Shown: positions 38,228 to 48,541 of the stretch, in pieces | Position numbering within the stretch: the first letter of the stretch is position 1 | Layout of the letters: each line of letters starts with the position of its first letter | NCBI GenBank assembly: GCA_963842085.1 | Contig: CAWJET010000002.1 | Span: forward strand, 1,088,001 to 1,152,000 | Length of the DNA: 64,000 nucleotides | Direction: 5' to 3' | DNA from: an uncultured delta proteobacterium | Lineage (GTDB): Bacteria; Desulfobacterota; Binatia; Binatales; Binataceae | The notes under the pieces: generated by a model | Databases searched by the model: none | Told to the model about the DNA's origin: nothing | The model's input: only the letters and a program-made list of their open reading frames with translations | Made by a program: the position numbers and the translations under genes

Positions 38228-39355
38228 CTAGAAATCTCGTCGATAAGTCACGAAGTTGCCGGTGACGTGCGCGCCCAGGCTGAGCGCGGTGCGGCGCGAG
38301 GCCCAGTTGTCGTCGAGGACGAGAGTATAGCCGGCAAAGCGCATCCTGCGCCGCGCCATCGCGAGGAACGATCGTGCCGCCATCGCAACCGCCACCCCGC
38401 GTCCACGCGCGCGCTCGACAACTCCGATATTTATCAGCGCGCCGCGAGTGCCGCCCCCGCGTTCGGGACCGAGCCGGAAGCCCCGGCGCACGCGGGCAAG
38501 GGCGGGACTGAGATCGGGCACCGAGAAGACGGCGCCGACGCACTCGCCGCCGACCGTCGCGAGCACCGAGAGGTCGGCGACCGGACTCTCCCACAGCGAC
38601 GTGAGCATCGGACGCACCTCCGCCCGCGTCACGGGATTCCATCCCCAATGGCGATCGAACGCCGCGTTGGTCACGTCGGTCCACGCGTCAATCGCGGCCA
38701 GAAAGCCGTACTCGCGCCAACTCTGAATCGCGACCCCTGCCGTGGCCGCCGCCTCGGCCATCCGGCGATAGCGCGCGATGATTTCAGGCGTTAGCGGCGC
38801 GGTGTAATCAACCTGCCCCTTTTCGGTAACGAAGCCGGCCTCCTTGAAGTAGCGATGGTATGAGGCGGGATTTCCGCGCAGCAGGAACGACGGCAACCCG
38901 TCGTAGTTGTCGATCGCGTAGGGATAATCGAGAAACGCCGCGAAGCCGCTGCGAACGGCGCGCATCCCGCGCTCGCGGAGTGACCCCACGGCCTCGTCGA
39001 GCATCGCGGCCACCGCGATATCCTCGCCCTCAAGAGCCTCGAACTGGATCAACTGCCCGAGTGGCTCGTTCCAGTGCTCGATATAGCGCCGATTGATTAC
39101 CGCGCTGACGCGCGCGACCAGCCGGCCCGCGCGTCGCGCGCAGAAGGGTGTGACTTCGAGGTGCGCCGAGAGCATGCTGCGGTGCGACAGCAGGTCGATC
39201 TCGTTCTGCAGGTCGGGCGGCCACCATGCGTCGCGCTCGCCGTAGACTTGAAATGGCAGGCGCGCGAATTCATCCAACTGCTCGCGGCTCGTCGGACGCT
39301 CGATGCGGACAGTGTCGCCGGATATCTTTGGATTCGCTGCCATGAGTTGAGCCAC
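38228..39355 (-). CDS. Tandem-GNAT-fold protein (YghO-like)
   Basis: F..LP..VY....W.PP, GRLVARVSA, HWGWNP, RARGRGVA, LDDN. Confidence 0.75.
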   Translation of the reverse strand: MAQLMAANPKISGDTVRIERPTSREQLDEFARLPFQVYGERDAWWPPDLQNEIDLLSHRSMLSAHLEVTPFCARRAGRLVARVSAVINRRYIEHWNEPLGQLIQFEALEGEDIAVAAMLDEAVGSLRERGMRAVRSGFAAFLDYPYAIDNYDGLPSFLLRGNPASYHRYFKEAGFVTEKGQVDYTAPLTPEIIARYRRMAEAAATAGVAIQSWREYGFLAAIDAWTDVTNAAFDRHWGWNPVTRAEVRPMLTSLWESPVADLSVLATVGGECVGAVFSVPDLSPALARVRRGFRLGPERGGGTRGALINIGVVERARGRGVAVAMAARSFLAMARRRMRFAGYTLVLDDNWASRRTALSLGAHVTGNFVTYRRDF

Positions 39356-39467
39356 ATCGCGCGCTCAACATTTCTTATAGCCGCAGAGCGGCAAAAGATC
39401 ATCTCAAAGGCAGAGGAGGAATCTCGAATGGCGCGCGAAATTCGCCTTCCGTGCAACGACATCAGCA

Positions 39468-39568
39468 AAGGACCGCTACGCGATTTCAAAACCGGAACCG
39501 ACTTCGCTCACGCGAAGCTGTCCGAGATCCTTCCTGCCGCTCGCGTTGCTCGCTTCGTCAGGATGACA
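39468..39568 (-). repeat. 101-bp structured repeat family C
   Basis: Colinear with 54641-54741 (same length); supplies the TGA of the DUF2063 gene. Confidence 0.85.
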
Positions 39569-40373
39569 GAGTGAGCAGGCGGTCAGTCAGCCAGCGCGCG
39601 AGCATTCGATTGATCGCGGCGACGGGATCCTGAATGTCGCCGTCGGCCGCGACGAGGTCGCAAATTTCCGCGAACGTGGCGCCGCGCGAGACTGCCTCGA
39701 GCGCGTCGGCTTCTGCGCGTTCGAGCTCGCGGTGGAGGACCCGCGCGTTGCGCCGCCATACGAGTACCTTGACCGCGCCCTGCTCCGCGGGTTTCCACGG
39801 GCGCTGCTCCTCGACCGCGCGCAACAGCTCTGAGACTCGCCAATCGAGCGCAAGGATTCGCGCTGACGGATGAATTGCGAGCTTCATCGCGGGCCAATCC
39901 TCAGGTGCAATCGCGCGAAGGGAGTCAGGCTCGAGCGCTGCGGCATCGGGACCTTGAAACACCTCGACGACGGCTCGTTCGAGCTTCGCGAGATCCGCGA
40001 CAAACGGCGCGCCGTCGCGCAGCGGATGGTCGCGCAAGTAGTCCGCGAGATGACGTCCGCAATAAGAGATCGACGGCTCGCTCGGTGAATATTCGAGCAG
40101 GTAGCCGGTGACCAGGTTGTGGAAGTTGTCATCGCCGAGGACCGCGAGCGTGCCGGGAAAATCCGCTTTGAGCGCGTCGAGGATGCGGTAGAAATACATG
40201 TTCGCGTAGATGTCCACGCGAGCTTCGGCCGACAGGCGCTCGTCGCCGAGCACGATCGCGTCGAGGCCGCCCGTGCCCAGCTTGCGCTCGGCCGCCAGTC
40301 CCTCGGCGGCGCCGCTAGGCGCGGTGATCAGCCGATAGAGCAGGCTTTGCAGTTCTTTTAGCTGAATCGTCAT
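39558..40373 (-). CDS. DUF2063 (MNIO partner, BufC/HvfC-like) protein
   Basis: RVDIYANMY..RI.DAL..DFP, LGDDNF, DLAKLE, VLVWR; directly downstream of DUF692. Confidence 0.85.
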   Translation of the reverse strand: MTIQLKELQSLLYRLITAPSGAAEGLAAERKLGTGGLDAIVLGDERLSAEARVDIYANMYFYRILDALKADFPGTLAVLGDDNFHNLVTGYLLEYSPSEPSISYCGRHLADYLRDHPLRDGAPFVADLAKLERAVVEVFQGPDAAALEPDSLRAIAPEDWPAMKLAIHPSARILALDWRVSELLRAVEEQRPWKPAEQGAVKVLVWRRNARVLHRELERAEADALEAVSRGATFAEICDLVAADGDIQDPVAAINRMLARWLTDRLLTLSS

Positions 40374-41208
40374 CGTGTTTAGGAGCTGTGGCGTCGAAAA
40401 TAGCCCGTGCGCGATCCGCGGTCTCAGCCAGCTCCGCGAACTCCGGGATGTTGTCGTCCCACTCGACCAGCGCCGACACCGCGCCGAAGCGCCGTGCCGC
40501 ACGGTCGTACAGCGCCCACACTTCGTCGCGCACCGGATGGTCGTGCGTATCGAGCAGGTGCGTGCCGTGGTCGCTATGCCCGGCGAGATGGTACTGCACG
40601 ACGCGCTCGGCCGGCACCAAGTCAATATACTCATTGCCATCGAAGCGATGGTTGAACGCGCTCACGAAGATATTGTTGATGTCGAGCAGGATGCCGCAAT
40701 CGGCCTCGGCCGCTATGGCGGAAATGAAATCCCACTCGGTCATCGTCGAATCCGCAAACGCCATGTAGCTGGACACATTTTCGATCAGTATCGGGCGTTC
40801 GAGCGCGTCCTGCACATTGCGGATCCGCGCGACGACGTGCCTCAGCGCCTCCTCCGTGTACGGCAGCGGGAGCAAGTCGTGAAGATTGCGCCCGCCTACT
40901 CCTGTCCAGCACAGGTGATCCGAAATCCACGCGGGCTCGAGTCGCCGCGCGAGCTCGCGCAGCTTGTTTAGATAAGTGCGATTCAGCGGATCGGTGGACC
41001 CAATCGACATCGACACGCCATGCATCGCGATTGGATAGTTCGCGCGGACGCCTTCGAGCACTTCGAGCGCGCGGCCGCCCGCGACCATGAAATTCTCGGA
41101 GATGACCTCGAACCAGTCCACCTTGGGACGAGTCTCAAGGACGTAGCTGTAGTGCTGGCGTCTAAGGCCGACGCCGTAGCCAAGCATCGGGAAGTCGGAA
41201 CGTTTCAT
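40315..41208 (-). CDS. DUF692 multinuclear non-heme iron oxidative enzyme (MNIO)
   Basis: GVGLR, ENFM, HGVSMSIG, SDHLCW, DLLPLP, ENVSSY, LLDINN, HLAGH, DTHD, EWD. Confidence 0.95.
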   Translation of the reverse strand: MKRSDFPMLGYGVGLRRQHYSYVLETRPKVDWFEVISENFMVAGGRALEVLEGVRANYPIAMHGVSMSIGSTDPLNRTYLNKLRELARRLEPAWISDHLCWTGVGGRNLHDLLPLPYTEEALRHVVARIRNVQDALERPILIENVSSYMAFADSTMTEWDFISAIAAEADCGILLDINNIFVSAFNHRFDGNEYIDLVPAERVVQYHLAGHSDHGTHLLDTHDHPVRDEVWALYDRAARRFGAVSALVEWDDNIPEFAELAETADRARAIFDATAPKHDDDSAKRTAKPALSADHRA

Positions 41209-41370
41209 TCGTAAACCCGGGCGATCTCCCTGGCTATTGTCGCGTGCCTCGAACCTGCTACAGCCGCATCCCACAGTCTAAACGCCGCTGTCCAACAAGC
41301 GCCAGTGGGAACATTTCACATCTAGCCAAGATTTCAATCATACGGGATGCTATGTTCGTAAATTCGTCAT

Positions 41371-41949
41371 ATGACGAACCCCAGCGGCAGCGGCGCGGAT
41401 CGGCGCAAGCGATTCGAAGACGAGGCGTTGCCTCATCTCGACGCGTTGTACGCGATGGCCGTCCGCCTGGCGCGCAATCCCGACGACGCCAGCGATTTGC
41501 TGCAGGAGACGGTGCTGCGCGCGTACCGCTTTTTCCATCAATTCGAGAGCGGAACGAATTGCCGCGCGTGGATGCTGACCATCCTGTTCAACAATTTTCG
41601 CAACGGCTACCGCAAATCCTTTCGCGAGCAGCCGGCTGCATCTGCCGACGAGTTCGAGCGCAAGGTGGACGAAGAGAGCCTGCGCATCGACCCGGCTGGA
41701 TCGAATCCCGAGATCATGCTTTCGGGACAAGCGATGGAGGGTGAGGTCGAGACGGCGCTGGCGGGCTTGCCGGCAGAGTTTCGCGGCGCGATTCTGCTCG
41801 TCGACGTCGAGGAACTCAGCTACCAGGAGGTTTCGGGGGTTCTGAACATTCCAATCGGCACGGTGAAATCGAGAGTGTCACGGGGACGCGCGATGCTGCG
41901 CGAGGCGTTGGCCGACTTCGCCAAAGAGCGCGGAATAATACGGTCTTGA
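41371..41949 (+). CDS. ECF RNA polymerase sigma factor
   Basis: DASDLLQET, RAWMLTI, LSYQEVS..LNIPIGTVKSRVSRGR. Confidence 0.95.
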   Translation: MTNPSGSGADRRKRFEDEALPHLDALYAMAVRLARNPDDASDLLQETVLRAYRFFHQFESGTNCRAWMLTILFNNFRNGYRKSFREQPAASADEFERKVDEESLRIDPAGSNPEIMLSGQAMEGEVETALAGLPAEFRGAILLVDVEELSYQEVSGVLNIPIGTVKSRVSRGRAMLREALADFAKERGIIRS

Positions 41950-41973
41950 CTCCGGGGAAAAGCGCCGGTTGGA

Positions 41974-42831
41974 GTGAAGCGAGCCGGGCACGATAAAGTG
42001 GACTGCGGCACCTACATAGAGAAATACCTGTCGGCTCAGGTTGACGGGGAGTTGAGCGCGGCTGAGTTGCGCGGCGCCGAGGAACATCTGGCGCGATGCG
42101 TCCATTGTCGCGCGCGCTTCGCCGAGGAACGCGCCGTCAAGGCGATGCTGCGCGAGAGCGCCACGATGCACGGGACGCCGCCGATGGTCCGCGGATCGAT
42201 CCTGGCGGCGCTCGACGCAATCGATACGGGCGACGCCTCGGACGCCGCGGGACGCGGGCGGGCTCGCTCAGCCGGCGCGGATCGCGCCGGCTGGCTCTCG
42301 ATTCGCCGCACGCGGGTCTGGGTGCCCGCTGCAATCGCTGCGGTCGCCGTCTTCGCTTTCGTAATGCTGCATGGCGGAGGCCCGCCGCCGGTGCACGCGA
42401 TCCCTGCCTTCGACATCGCGATCAACCACTATGCGCAGTTCGTCGAGCACTTCGAGCCCAACGTGAAGTCGGACTCGCCCGCCGACATCTCGGACGCATA
42501 TATGGATCACCAACTCCCGGGATTCCTGTGGAACTTTCAGCCGAGCGGCTACAAGCTGATCGGCGGACGGCTGGATCACCTGCCGGATGGAAGTCCGGTG
42601 TCCTTCACCTTCTACCGCGGCGATGCCGGAACCATCCTTTGCACTTACATGAAGTCGCACGGGATGCAGCCGCCCCCGGGCGAGATACAGGAACTAGGCG
42701 CCCATCGCTACTACCAATACAAGGGCTACAGCATCTGCCTCAGCTACCCGCACGGCGGATTCATTTGCGTACTGGTCTCGCACCGGCCCATGAAAGAGTT
42801 CGTGCAGGACATAGTCGACTCCGAGCCCTGA
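41974..42831 (+). CDS. ZAS (zf-HC2) anti-sigma factor
   Basis: HLARCVHC motif, single TM helix, periplasmic domain; follows sigma. Confidence 0.9.
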   Translation: MKRAGHDKVDCGTYIEKYLSAQVDGELSAAELRGAEEHLARCVHCRARFAEERAVKAMLRESATMHGTPPMVRGSILAALDAIDTGDASDAAGRGRARSAGADRAGWLSIRRTRVWVPAAIAAVAVFAFVMLHGGGPPPVHAIPAFDIAINHYAQFVEHFEPNVKSDSPADISDAYMDHQLPGFLWNFQPSGYKLIGGRLDHLPDGSPVSFTFYRGDAGTILCTYMKSHGMQPPPGEIQELGAHRYYQYKGYSICLSYPHGGFICVLVSHRPMKEFVQDIVDSEP

Positions 42832-42838
42832 TCGTCTC

Positions 42839-42906
42839 ACCTCGCCCGTTACTTACGGGAGAGGCGGCCGACCGCATCGCGGTCGCTAGGTGAGGGTTCT
42901 GCGGCA
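42839..42906 (-). repeat. REP-like repeat family B, copy 2
   Basis: Reverse complement of the copies at 30914 and 50558. Confidence 0.8.
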
Positions 42907-42915
42907 GGGCTTGCG

Positions 42916-44394
42916 CTAGCGCCGCTCCGCTTTCAGTCCGTCCTCATTGGCGAGAAACAAATGCAACTGCGCGGGCGCGGTATCGCGCGGAATCTCAACC
43001 GGATAGTTGCCGGTGAAGCACGCGTCGCAATACCCCTCGCGGCTCTCGCCGTTGAACGAGTAGAGCCCGTCCCAACTGAGGTAGGCGAGCGAGTCGGCCG
43101 TGATGTAACGGCGGATCTCCTCGACCGAATGCGACGACGCGAGCAGTTCCTCGCGCGTAGGCGTGTCGATCCCGTAAAAGCACGAATGCGTCGTCGGCGG
43201 CGCCGCGATGCGCATGTGGACTTCGCGCGCGCCCGCCTGGCGCAGCATCGGGATAACTTTCCTGAGCGTGGTGCCGCGCACCAGCGAGTCCTCGATCAGT
43301 ACGATTCGCTTGCCACGCAGCAATTCGGCCACCGGGTTGAATTTGATCTTCACGCCGAAATGGCGAATCGACGCGCGCGGCTCGATAAACGTGCGGCCGA
43401 CGTAATGGCTGCGCACCAACCCCATCTCGAACGGTATTCCCGACTCTTCGGCGTAACCGAGCGCGGCCGGCGTGCCCGAATCGGGCACCGGCACCACGAT
43501 GTCCGCCTCGGCCGGAGCTTCGCGCGCGAGCGCCCGCCCCTGCTGCTTGCGGACCTGGTACACGTTGCGGCCGTAGACCTGGCTGTCGGGACGCGAGAAA
43601 TACACGTACTCGAAAATGCATCGCCTGGTCGGCGCATGCGCGAACGGACTCAGCGAGCGCACACCGCTGTCATCGACGACGATCATCTCGCCCGGATTGA
43701 TCTCGCGAATGTACTCGGCGCGCACCAGGTCGAGCGCGCAGGTCTCCGACGACACGATCGTCGCGCCGTTCAGATTGCCCAGCACCAGCGGACGGAAGCC
43801 GTTCGGGTCGCGCACCGCGATCATCGAATCCTCCGTCAGCACGACCAGCGAGTACGCGCCGCGCACCTGCGCCAGCGCCTGCGCGACCCGCTCCGGCAGC
43901 GTGGGCGCGTGCGACGCGGCGATCAGATGAATCATCACCTCGCTGTCGGACGAGGACTGGAAGATCGAGCCCGTCGACTCCAGCCGTTCGCGCAGTTCGG
44001 TGAAATTAACCAGGTTGCCGTTGTGCGCGAGCGCCAGCCCGCCGCGCGCATACTCGACCACCAGCGGCTGACAGTTGCCAATCGTCGTCGAGCCGGTCGT
44101 CGAGTAGCGGTTATGCCCAATCGCGCTGGTGCCTTCGAGCTTCGCGATAATCGTGTTGTTGAAAATGTCGGCGACCAGTCCCATTCCGCGATGCGAGATC
44201 AGCGACTTGCCGTTGGACGAGACGATCCCCGCCGACTCCTGCCCGCGATGCTGCTGCGCGTAGAGGCCGAGGTACGCGAGGTTGGCGGCCTCCGGGTGGC
44301 CATACACGCCGAACACGCCGCATTCCTCGTGGAAGACGTCGAGACTCGATTCTTCGACTGCTTCGACCGCTATGACCGAGTCTTCTTCAGTCAC
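42916..44394 (-). CDS. purF: Amidophosphoribosyltransferase
   Basis: EECGVFG, QHRGQES, GHNRYST, PVPDSG; GTG start after GGAGG. Confidence 0.97.
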   Translation of the reverse strand: MTEEDSVIAVEAVEESSLDVFHEECGVFGVYGHPEAANLAYLGLYAQQHRGQESAGIVSSNGKSLISHRGMGLVADIFNNTIIAKLEGTSAIGHNRYSTTGSTTIGNCQPLVVEYARGGLALAHNGNLVNFTELRERLESTGSIFQSSSDSEVMIHLIAASHAPTLPERVAQALAQVRGAYSLVVLTEDSMIAVRDPNGFRPLVLGNLNGATIVSSETCALDLVRAEYIREINPGEMIVVDDSGVRSLSPFAHAPTRRCIFEYVYFSRPDSQVYGRNVYQVRKQQGRALAREAPAEADIVVPVPDSGTPAALGYAEESGIPFEMGLVRSHYVGRTFIEPRASIRHFGVKIKFNPVAELLRGKRIVLIEDSLVRGTTLRKVIPMLRQAGAREVHMRIAAPPTTHSCFYGIDTPTREELLASSHSVEEIRRYITADSLAYLSWDGLYSFNGESREGYCDACFTGNYPVEIPRDTAPAQLHLFLANEDGLKAERR

Positions 44395-46648
44395 CGCCTC
44401 TAAGCCTCCTTGGAATCGCGTCTTCATAAATTCGCTGCAACTCGGCAACGTCCTCATCGACTACCGCGCCAACCTTGAGCCTGCGATCGGCGACCACGCG
44501 TCCGATAACCACGAACTCCAGTCCTCGTCCGGCAAACAATTTCTCGACGCCGGCCACATCGCCCGGCGCGATCGACAGGATCACCGTCGACGCGCCCTCG
44601 CCAAAAAAATCAACCGCGTCAGCGTTTCCAGCTCGCCCAAGATCAACTTCGGCTCCCAGAATCGCCCGCGGATTGAAACAGGCTTCAGCCATCGCCACCG
44701 CAAGCCCGCCCTCGGCGATATCGTGAGCTGATCTTATCAGCCCCTGTTCGGCGCCTTCAACCAGCCCCTCGACCAGCGCCGCTTCCCGCGCCAGGTCGAT
44801 CGCGCCAAGCCGCCCGCCATCGATTCCGAAGAGCGCCGCATACTCGCTCGCCGCGAGCGACGGCCTGGCCGTGCGCACCAGAGCGATCGCGTCATCGGCA
44901 TTCTTGAAAAACTGCGTGACGTGCTTCGCGACGTCGATCATAACGCCCAGCACCGCAATCGTCGGCGTCGGCGGAATCGCGTGGCCTTCGGTCTCGTTGT
45001 AGAAGCTGACGTTGCCGCTGACCACCGGCGCGCCGAACGCGAGCGACGCGTCGCGCAGCCCCTCGACGCCCCGGATAAACTGCCACATCACCTCGGCCCG
45101 CTCCGGATTGCCGTAGTTCAGGCAGTTCGTGATTCCGACCGGGCGCGCCCCGGCGCACGCGACATTGCGCGCCGCTTCGCAAACAGTCGCGACGGCGCCG
45201 AGATATGGATCGAGCGCGCACGCGCGCGGATTCGAATCGACCTTGAGTGCCATCGCGCGTCGCGATTTCTTGATTCGGATCACTGCCGCATCGCTGCCCG
45301 GCCCCAGCACCGTGTTGCTCTGGACGATCGAGTCGTATTGCCGATAGACCCACTTCTTCGAAGCGATATTGGGACTGTCGAGCAGCGCGCGCAGCGCCTT
45401 CGCCGGCGTTACCTCGCCCGTTATTTCACGGGAGAGGAGGCCGGCCGCGTTGCGGCCGGCAGGTGAGGGTTCTGGATTGCTCGGCGCGGCCGCCGGACGA
45501 TCGTAAACCGGCGCGTCATCCGCCAGCGCGCCGATCGGAATATCCGCCACCACCTGCCCATGCCATCGCGCGCGCCATCGACGGTCGTCGGTTATGCGCC
45601 CGATCACGACCGCGTGCAGATCCCACTTCTCGAACACCGCCTGCAATTCCGCCTCGCGCCCGCGCTCCGCAACGATCAGCATTCGCTCCTGCGATTCCGA
45701 GAGCAGAATTTCATACGGCGTCAGCCCCGCTTCGCGCAGCGGCACTTGGTCGAGATCGAGTTCGATTCCAAGCCCCCCATGCGACGGCATCTCGCTTGAC
45801 GACGATGTGAGACCCGCCGCACCCATGTCCTGGATGGCGACAATCGCGTCGGTCTTGCCGGCTTCGAGGCACGCCTCGATCAATAATTTCTCGGTGAACG
45901 GATCGCCGACCTGCACCGCCGGGCGCTTGGCCTCGCTCTCCTTGTCGAACTCCGCCGACGCCATCGACGCGCCGTGAATTCCGTCGCGCCCGGTCGCAGA
46001 GCCAACGTAAAGCACCGGGTTGCCCGCGCCGCGCGCCTTCGCGCTCATCATCTCGCCCTTGCGCACCAGCCCGAGGCAGAACGCGTTGACGAGAATATTC
46101 GCGTTGTACGCCGCGTCGAACATCACTTCGCCCGCAACCGTCGGCACCCCCACGCAATTACCGTAACCTCCTATCCCCCCGACCACGCCGCCCAGCAAAA
46201 AGCGCGTCCGCGGATGCTCGAATGAGCCGAACTTGAGCGAGTTCATGCTCGCGACCGGCCGCGCGCCCATCGTGAAAATGTCGCGCAGGATTCCGCCGAC
46301 GCCGGTCGCCGCGCCCTGGTACGGTTCGACGAACGAGGGATGGTTGTGGCTTTCAATTTTGAATACCGCCGCCCATCCATCGCCGACGTCGATCGCGCCG
46401 GCATTCTCGCCGGGGCCCTGCACCACCAGCTCGCTCTTCGACGGCAGCGTCCTCAGATGACTCCGCGACGATTTGTACGAGCAATGCTCCGACCACATCA
46501 CGGAGAAAACGCCGAGCTCGGTGTAAGTCGGCGTCCGCCCGATGATCTGTTCGATCTTGCGATACTCGTCGGGCGCGAGTCCGTGCGCGCGGGCCTGCGC
46601 GACATCGACTTTCGGCTCGCCCGCAAGCGAAACGGGACGCTCGCTCAT
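44387..46648 (-). CDS. purL: FGAM synthase subunit PurL (small type)
   Basis: [32 protein letters not shown]. Confidence 0.97.
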   Translation of the reverse strand: MSERPVSLAGEPKVDVAQARAHGLAPDEYRKIEQIIGRTPTYTELGVFSVMWSEHCSYKSSRSHLRTLPSKSELVVQGPGENAGAIDVGDGWAAVFKIESHNHPSFVEPYQGAATGVGGILRDIFTMGARPVASMNSLKFGSFEHPRTRFLLGGVVGGIGGYGNCVGVPTVAGEVMFDAAYNANILVNAFCLGLVRKGEMMSAKARGAGNPVLYVGSATGRDGIHGASMASAEFDKESEAKRPAVQVGDPFTEKLLIEACLEAGKTDAIVAIQDMGAAGLTSSSSEMPSHGGLGIELDLDQVPLREAGLTPYEILLSESQERMLIVAERGREAELQAVFEKWDLHAVVIGRITDDRRWRARWHGQVVADIPIGALADDAPVYDRPAAAPSNPEPSPAGRNAAGLLSREITGEVTPAKALRALLDSPNIASKKWVYRQYDSIVQSNTVLGPGSDAAVIRIKKSRRAMALKVDSNPRACALDPYLGAVATVCEAARNVACAGARPVGITNCLNYGNPERAEVMWQFIRGVEGLRDASLAFGAPVVSGNVSFYNETEGHAIPPTPTIAVLGVMIDVAKHVTQFFKNADDAIALVRTARPSLAASEYAALFGIDGGRLGAIDLAREAALVEGLVEGAEQGLIRSAHDIAEGGLAVAMAEACFNPRAILGAEVDLGRAGNADAVDFFGEGASTVILSIAPGDVAGVEKLFAGRGLEFVVIGRVVADRRLKVGAVVDEDVAELQRIYEDAIPRRLRGGD

Positions 46649-47334
46649 CGCGCGCTCCCTGCTATCGACTGAAAAATCTTGAGCCCGTCGGTGCCGCCCA
46701 GCATCGGTTCAACCGCATGCTCCGGATGCGGCATCAAACCAAACACGTTGAAGCGCTCGTTGGCGACGCCCGCAATCGCGCGCATCGAGCCGTTGGGATT
46801 CGCCGCGTCGCTCTCGCGCCCGTCGGCATCGACGTAGCGCAGGATCACCTGCCCGCGCTCTTCCATCTGGCGCAGTTCATCTTCCGGCGCTACGTACAAT
46901 CCCTCGCCGTGCTTGATCGGCAGCCGCAGCAGGTCGCCCTGCTTCGCCGCGCGCGTGAACGGCGTGCTCGCGTTCTCGACCCGCAGCCACACGCGCTCGC
47001 ATATAAAGGAGAGCGAGCGGTTGCGCGTGAGCGCGCCGGGCAGCAGATGCGCCTCGCACAGAATCTGAAAACCGTTGCAGGTACCGATCACCAGCCCGCC
47101 GTCGGCGGCGAACTTGGCCACGCTCTTCATGATCGGCGAGAAGCGCGCGATTGCGCCCGTGCGCAGATAGTCGCCGTAGCTGAACCCGCCCGGCAGCAGC
47201 ACGCACTCGACGCCGCCGAGCGATTCATCCTTGTGCCACAGCATCCGCGCGTCCTGGCCCATCACCTCCGCAAGCGCATACAGCGCGTCTCCATCGTCGA
47301 GCGAGCCGGGGAATCGCACGACGCCCCACTTCAT
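46645..47334 (-). CDS. purQ: FGAM synthase glutaminase subunit PurQ
   Basis: [23 protein letters not shown]; start MKWGVV. Confidence 0.97.
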   Translation of the reverse strand: MKWGVVRFPGSLDDGDALYALAEVMGQDARMLWHKDESLGGVECVLLPGGFSYGDYLRTGAIARFSPIMKSVAKFAADGGLVIGTCNGFQILCEAHLLPGALTRNRSLSFICERVWLRVENASTPFTRAAKQGDLLRLPIKHGEGLYVAPEDELRQMEERGQVILRYVDADGRESDAANPNGSMRAIAGVANERFNVFGLMPHPEHAVEPMLGGTDGLKIFQSIAGSAR

Positions 47335-47576
47335 TCGCCGTCCACCTCGAAGCGGTAGTCTTCGATCACCGGGTTGGCGAGCAGCGCCTCGCACATCTTC
47401 TTCGCTTCGTCGCGCGCCTCCGACGCGGTCCGCGCCTCGACTTCGAGCACGATGTACTTGCCGACTTTGACGCCCGAGACGTTTTTGAAACCGAGACTCT
47501 GCAGCGAACTTTCAACCGCGCGCCCCTGCGGGTCGAGGATTCCCTTGCGGGGCGTCACGAACACTCTTACTTGCAA
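47331..47576 (-). CDS. purS: FGAM synthase subunit PurS
   Basis: ILDPQG, LLANPVIE. Confidence 0.95.
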   Translation of the reverse strand: MQVRVFVTPRKGILDPQGRAVESSLQSLGFKNVSGVKVGKYIVLEVEARTASEARDEAKKMCEALLANPVIEDYRFEVDGE

Positions 47577-47623
47577 CTCAAATCCTCGCGGCCGATTCGC
47601 ATTCCATTCTCCTGAACTAAAAA

Positions 47624-47639
47624 CGTTTCACGTGAAACA
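47624..47639. other. parS centromere-like ParB binding site
   Basis: CGTTTCACGTGAAACA, 15/16 match to TGTTTCACGTGAAACA; intergenic. Confidence 0.85.
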
Positions 47640-47697
47640 TTTTCCTCAAAACCTCAACAGACAAGCGGCTTATTTCGACGATCGGGGCGAATTAGCC

Positions 47698-48414
47698 TCA
47701 ATTCTCCACGCGCCGCAGCATCTCGTGATAAGCCTCCTCGACGCCGCCCAGGTCGCGCCGGAACCGATCCTTGTCGAGCTTTTGCCGCGTCGCCTTGTCC
47801 CAGAACCGGCAGGTGTCGGGACAAATTTCGTCGCCGAGCAGAATCTCGCTGTGATGCCGTCCGAACTCGAGCTTGAAATCGACGAGGATCACGCCGCGCT
47901 CATCCAGGAATTTGCTGAGGATGCCATCGACCTTCAGCGCCATCGCGTCGATCTTCTTCAGCTCCTCGGCGGTCGCCCATCCAAACGCGATTGCATGCTC
48001 GCCAAGTATCAATGGATCGTCGAGCGCGTCTGATTTGTAGTAGTACTCGACAATCGGATGAGGCAGCCGCTCGCCCTCTTCGCGGCCGAGCCGTTTCGCC
48101 ATCGAGCCCGCGACGAGATTCCGCACCACGGTCTCGACCGGAATGATCTGCAAGCGCTTGCAGAGCATCTCACGATCGTTCAACCGGCGGACGAAGTGCG
48201 TCTTGACGCCGTTCTTTTCGAGCAGCGTGAAGAATAACTCCGACATCCGGTTGTTCATCACGCCCTTGTCCTCGATCGTGTCGCGCTTCTTGCCGTTGAA
48301 CGCGGTTGCGTCGTCCTTGAAGTAAGCGACCACGAGGTCGGGGTCGGACGTGGAGTAGAGTTTCTTCGCCTTGCCCTCGTAAAGCATTTCGAGTTTCTGC
48401 GGAGTCGTTTCCAC
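47698..48414 (-). CDS. purC: SAICAR synthase
   Basis: [40 protein letters not shown]. Confidence 0.97.
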   Translation of the reverse strand: METTPQKLEMLYEGKAKKLYSTSDPDLVVAYFKDDATAFNGKKRDTIEDKGVMNNRMSELFFTLLEKNGVKTHFVRRLNDREMLCKRLQIIPVETVVRNLVAGSMAKRLGREEGERLPHPIVEYYYKSDALDDPLILGEHAIAFGWATAEELKKIDAMALKVDGILSKFLDERGVILVDFKLEFGRHHSEILLGDEICPDTCRFWDKATRQKLDKDRFRRDLGGVEEAYHEMLRRVEN

Positions 48415-48500
48415 GATTCGTTCTCCCTGTAGCGTATTGAACTATCTTAACCTAATCATCTTACCGACCGGTCGCCTCATCACAACGAAGCCGGCGCCAG

Positions 48501-48535
48501 TTGTCCACAAACCTCCGCGCCGGAGTTGTGGATAG
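48501..48535. promoter_or_regulatory. Pair of oppositely oriented DnaA-box-like 9-mers
   Basis: TTGTCCACA (48501-48509) and TGTGGATAG (48527-48535), each 8/9 to TTATCCACA. Confidence 0.5.
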
Positions 48536-48541
48536 CCGGGC

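Noticed and set aside
39074-39574. Plus-strand ORF with AGGAGG-preceded ATG near 39428
   Set aside because: Runs through repeat-derived sequence; the SD-like motif is part of a degenerate repeat copy
41209-41274. In-frame GCGCS N-terminal extension of DUF692 as a fused precursor
   Set aside because: Family similarity starts at MKRSDF; the upstream GTG has no RBS, so it is unsupported
41258-41341. 27-aa ORF MIEILARCEMFPLALVGQRRLDCGMRL upstream of DUF692 as MNIO precursor
   Set aside because: No RBS, no signal peptide, no repeated Cys motif; lies in the probable divergent promoter region
42961-44403. Long plus-strand ORFs opposite purF (likewise opposite hscA, mrcB, PMM, pnp, infB)
   Set aside because: Typical GC-rich antisense shadow frames of well-supported genes
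48421-48540. oriC
   Set aside because: Only two imperfect DnaA boxes in about 125 bp, no dnaA/gidA nearby and no switch in gene strand bias
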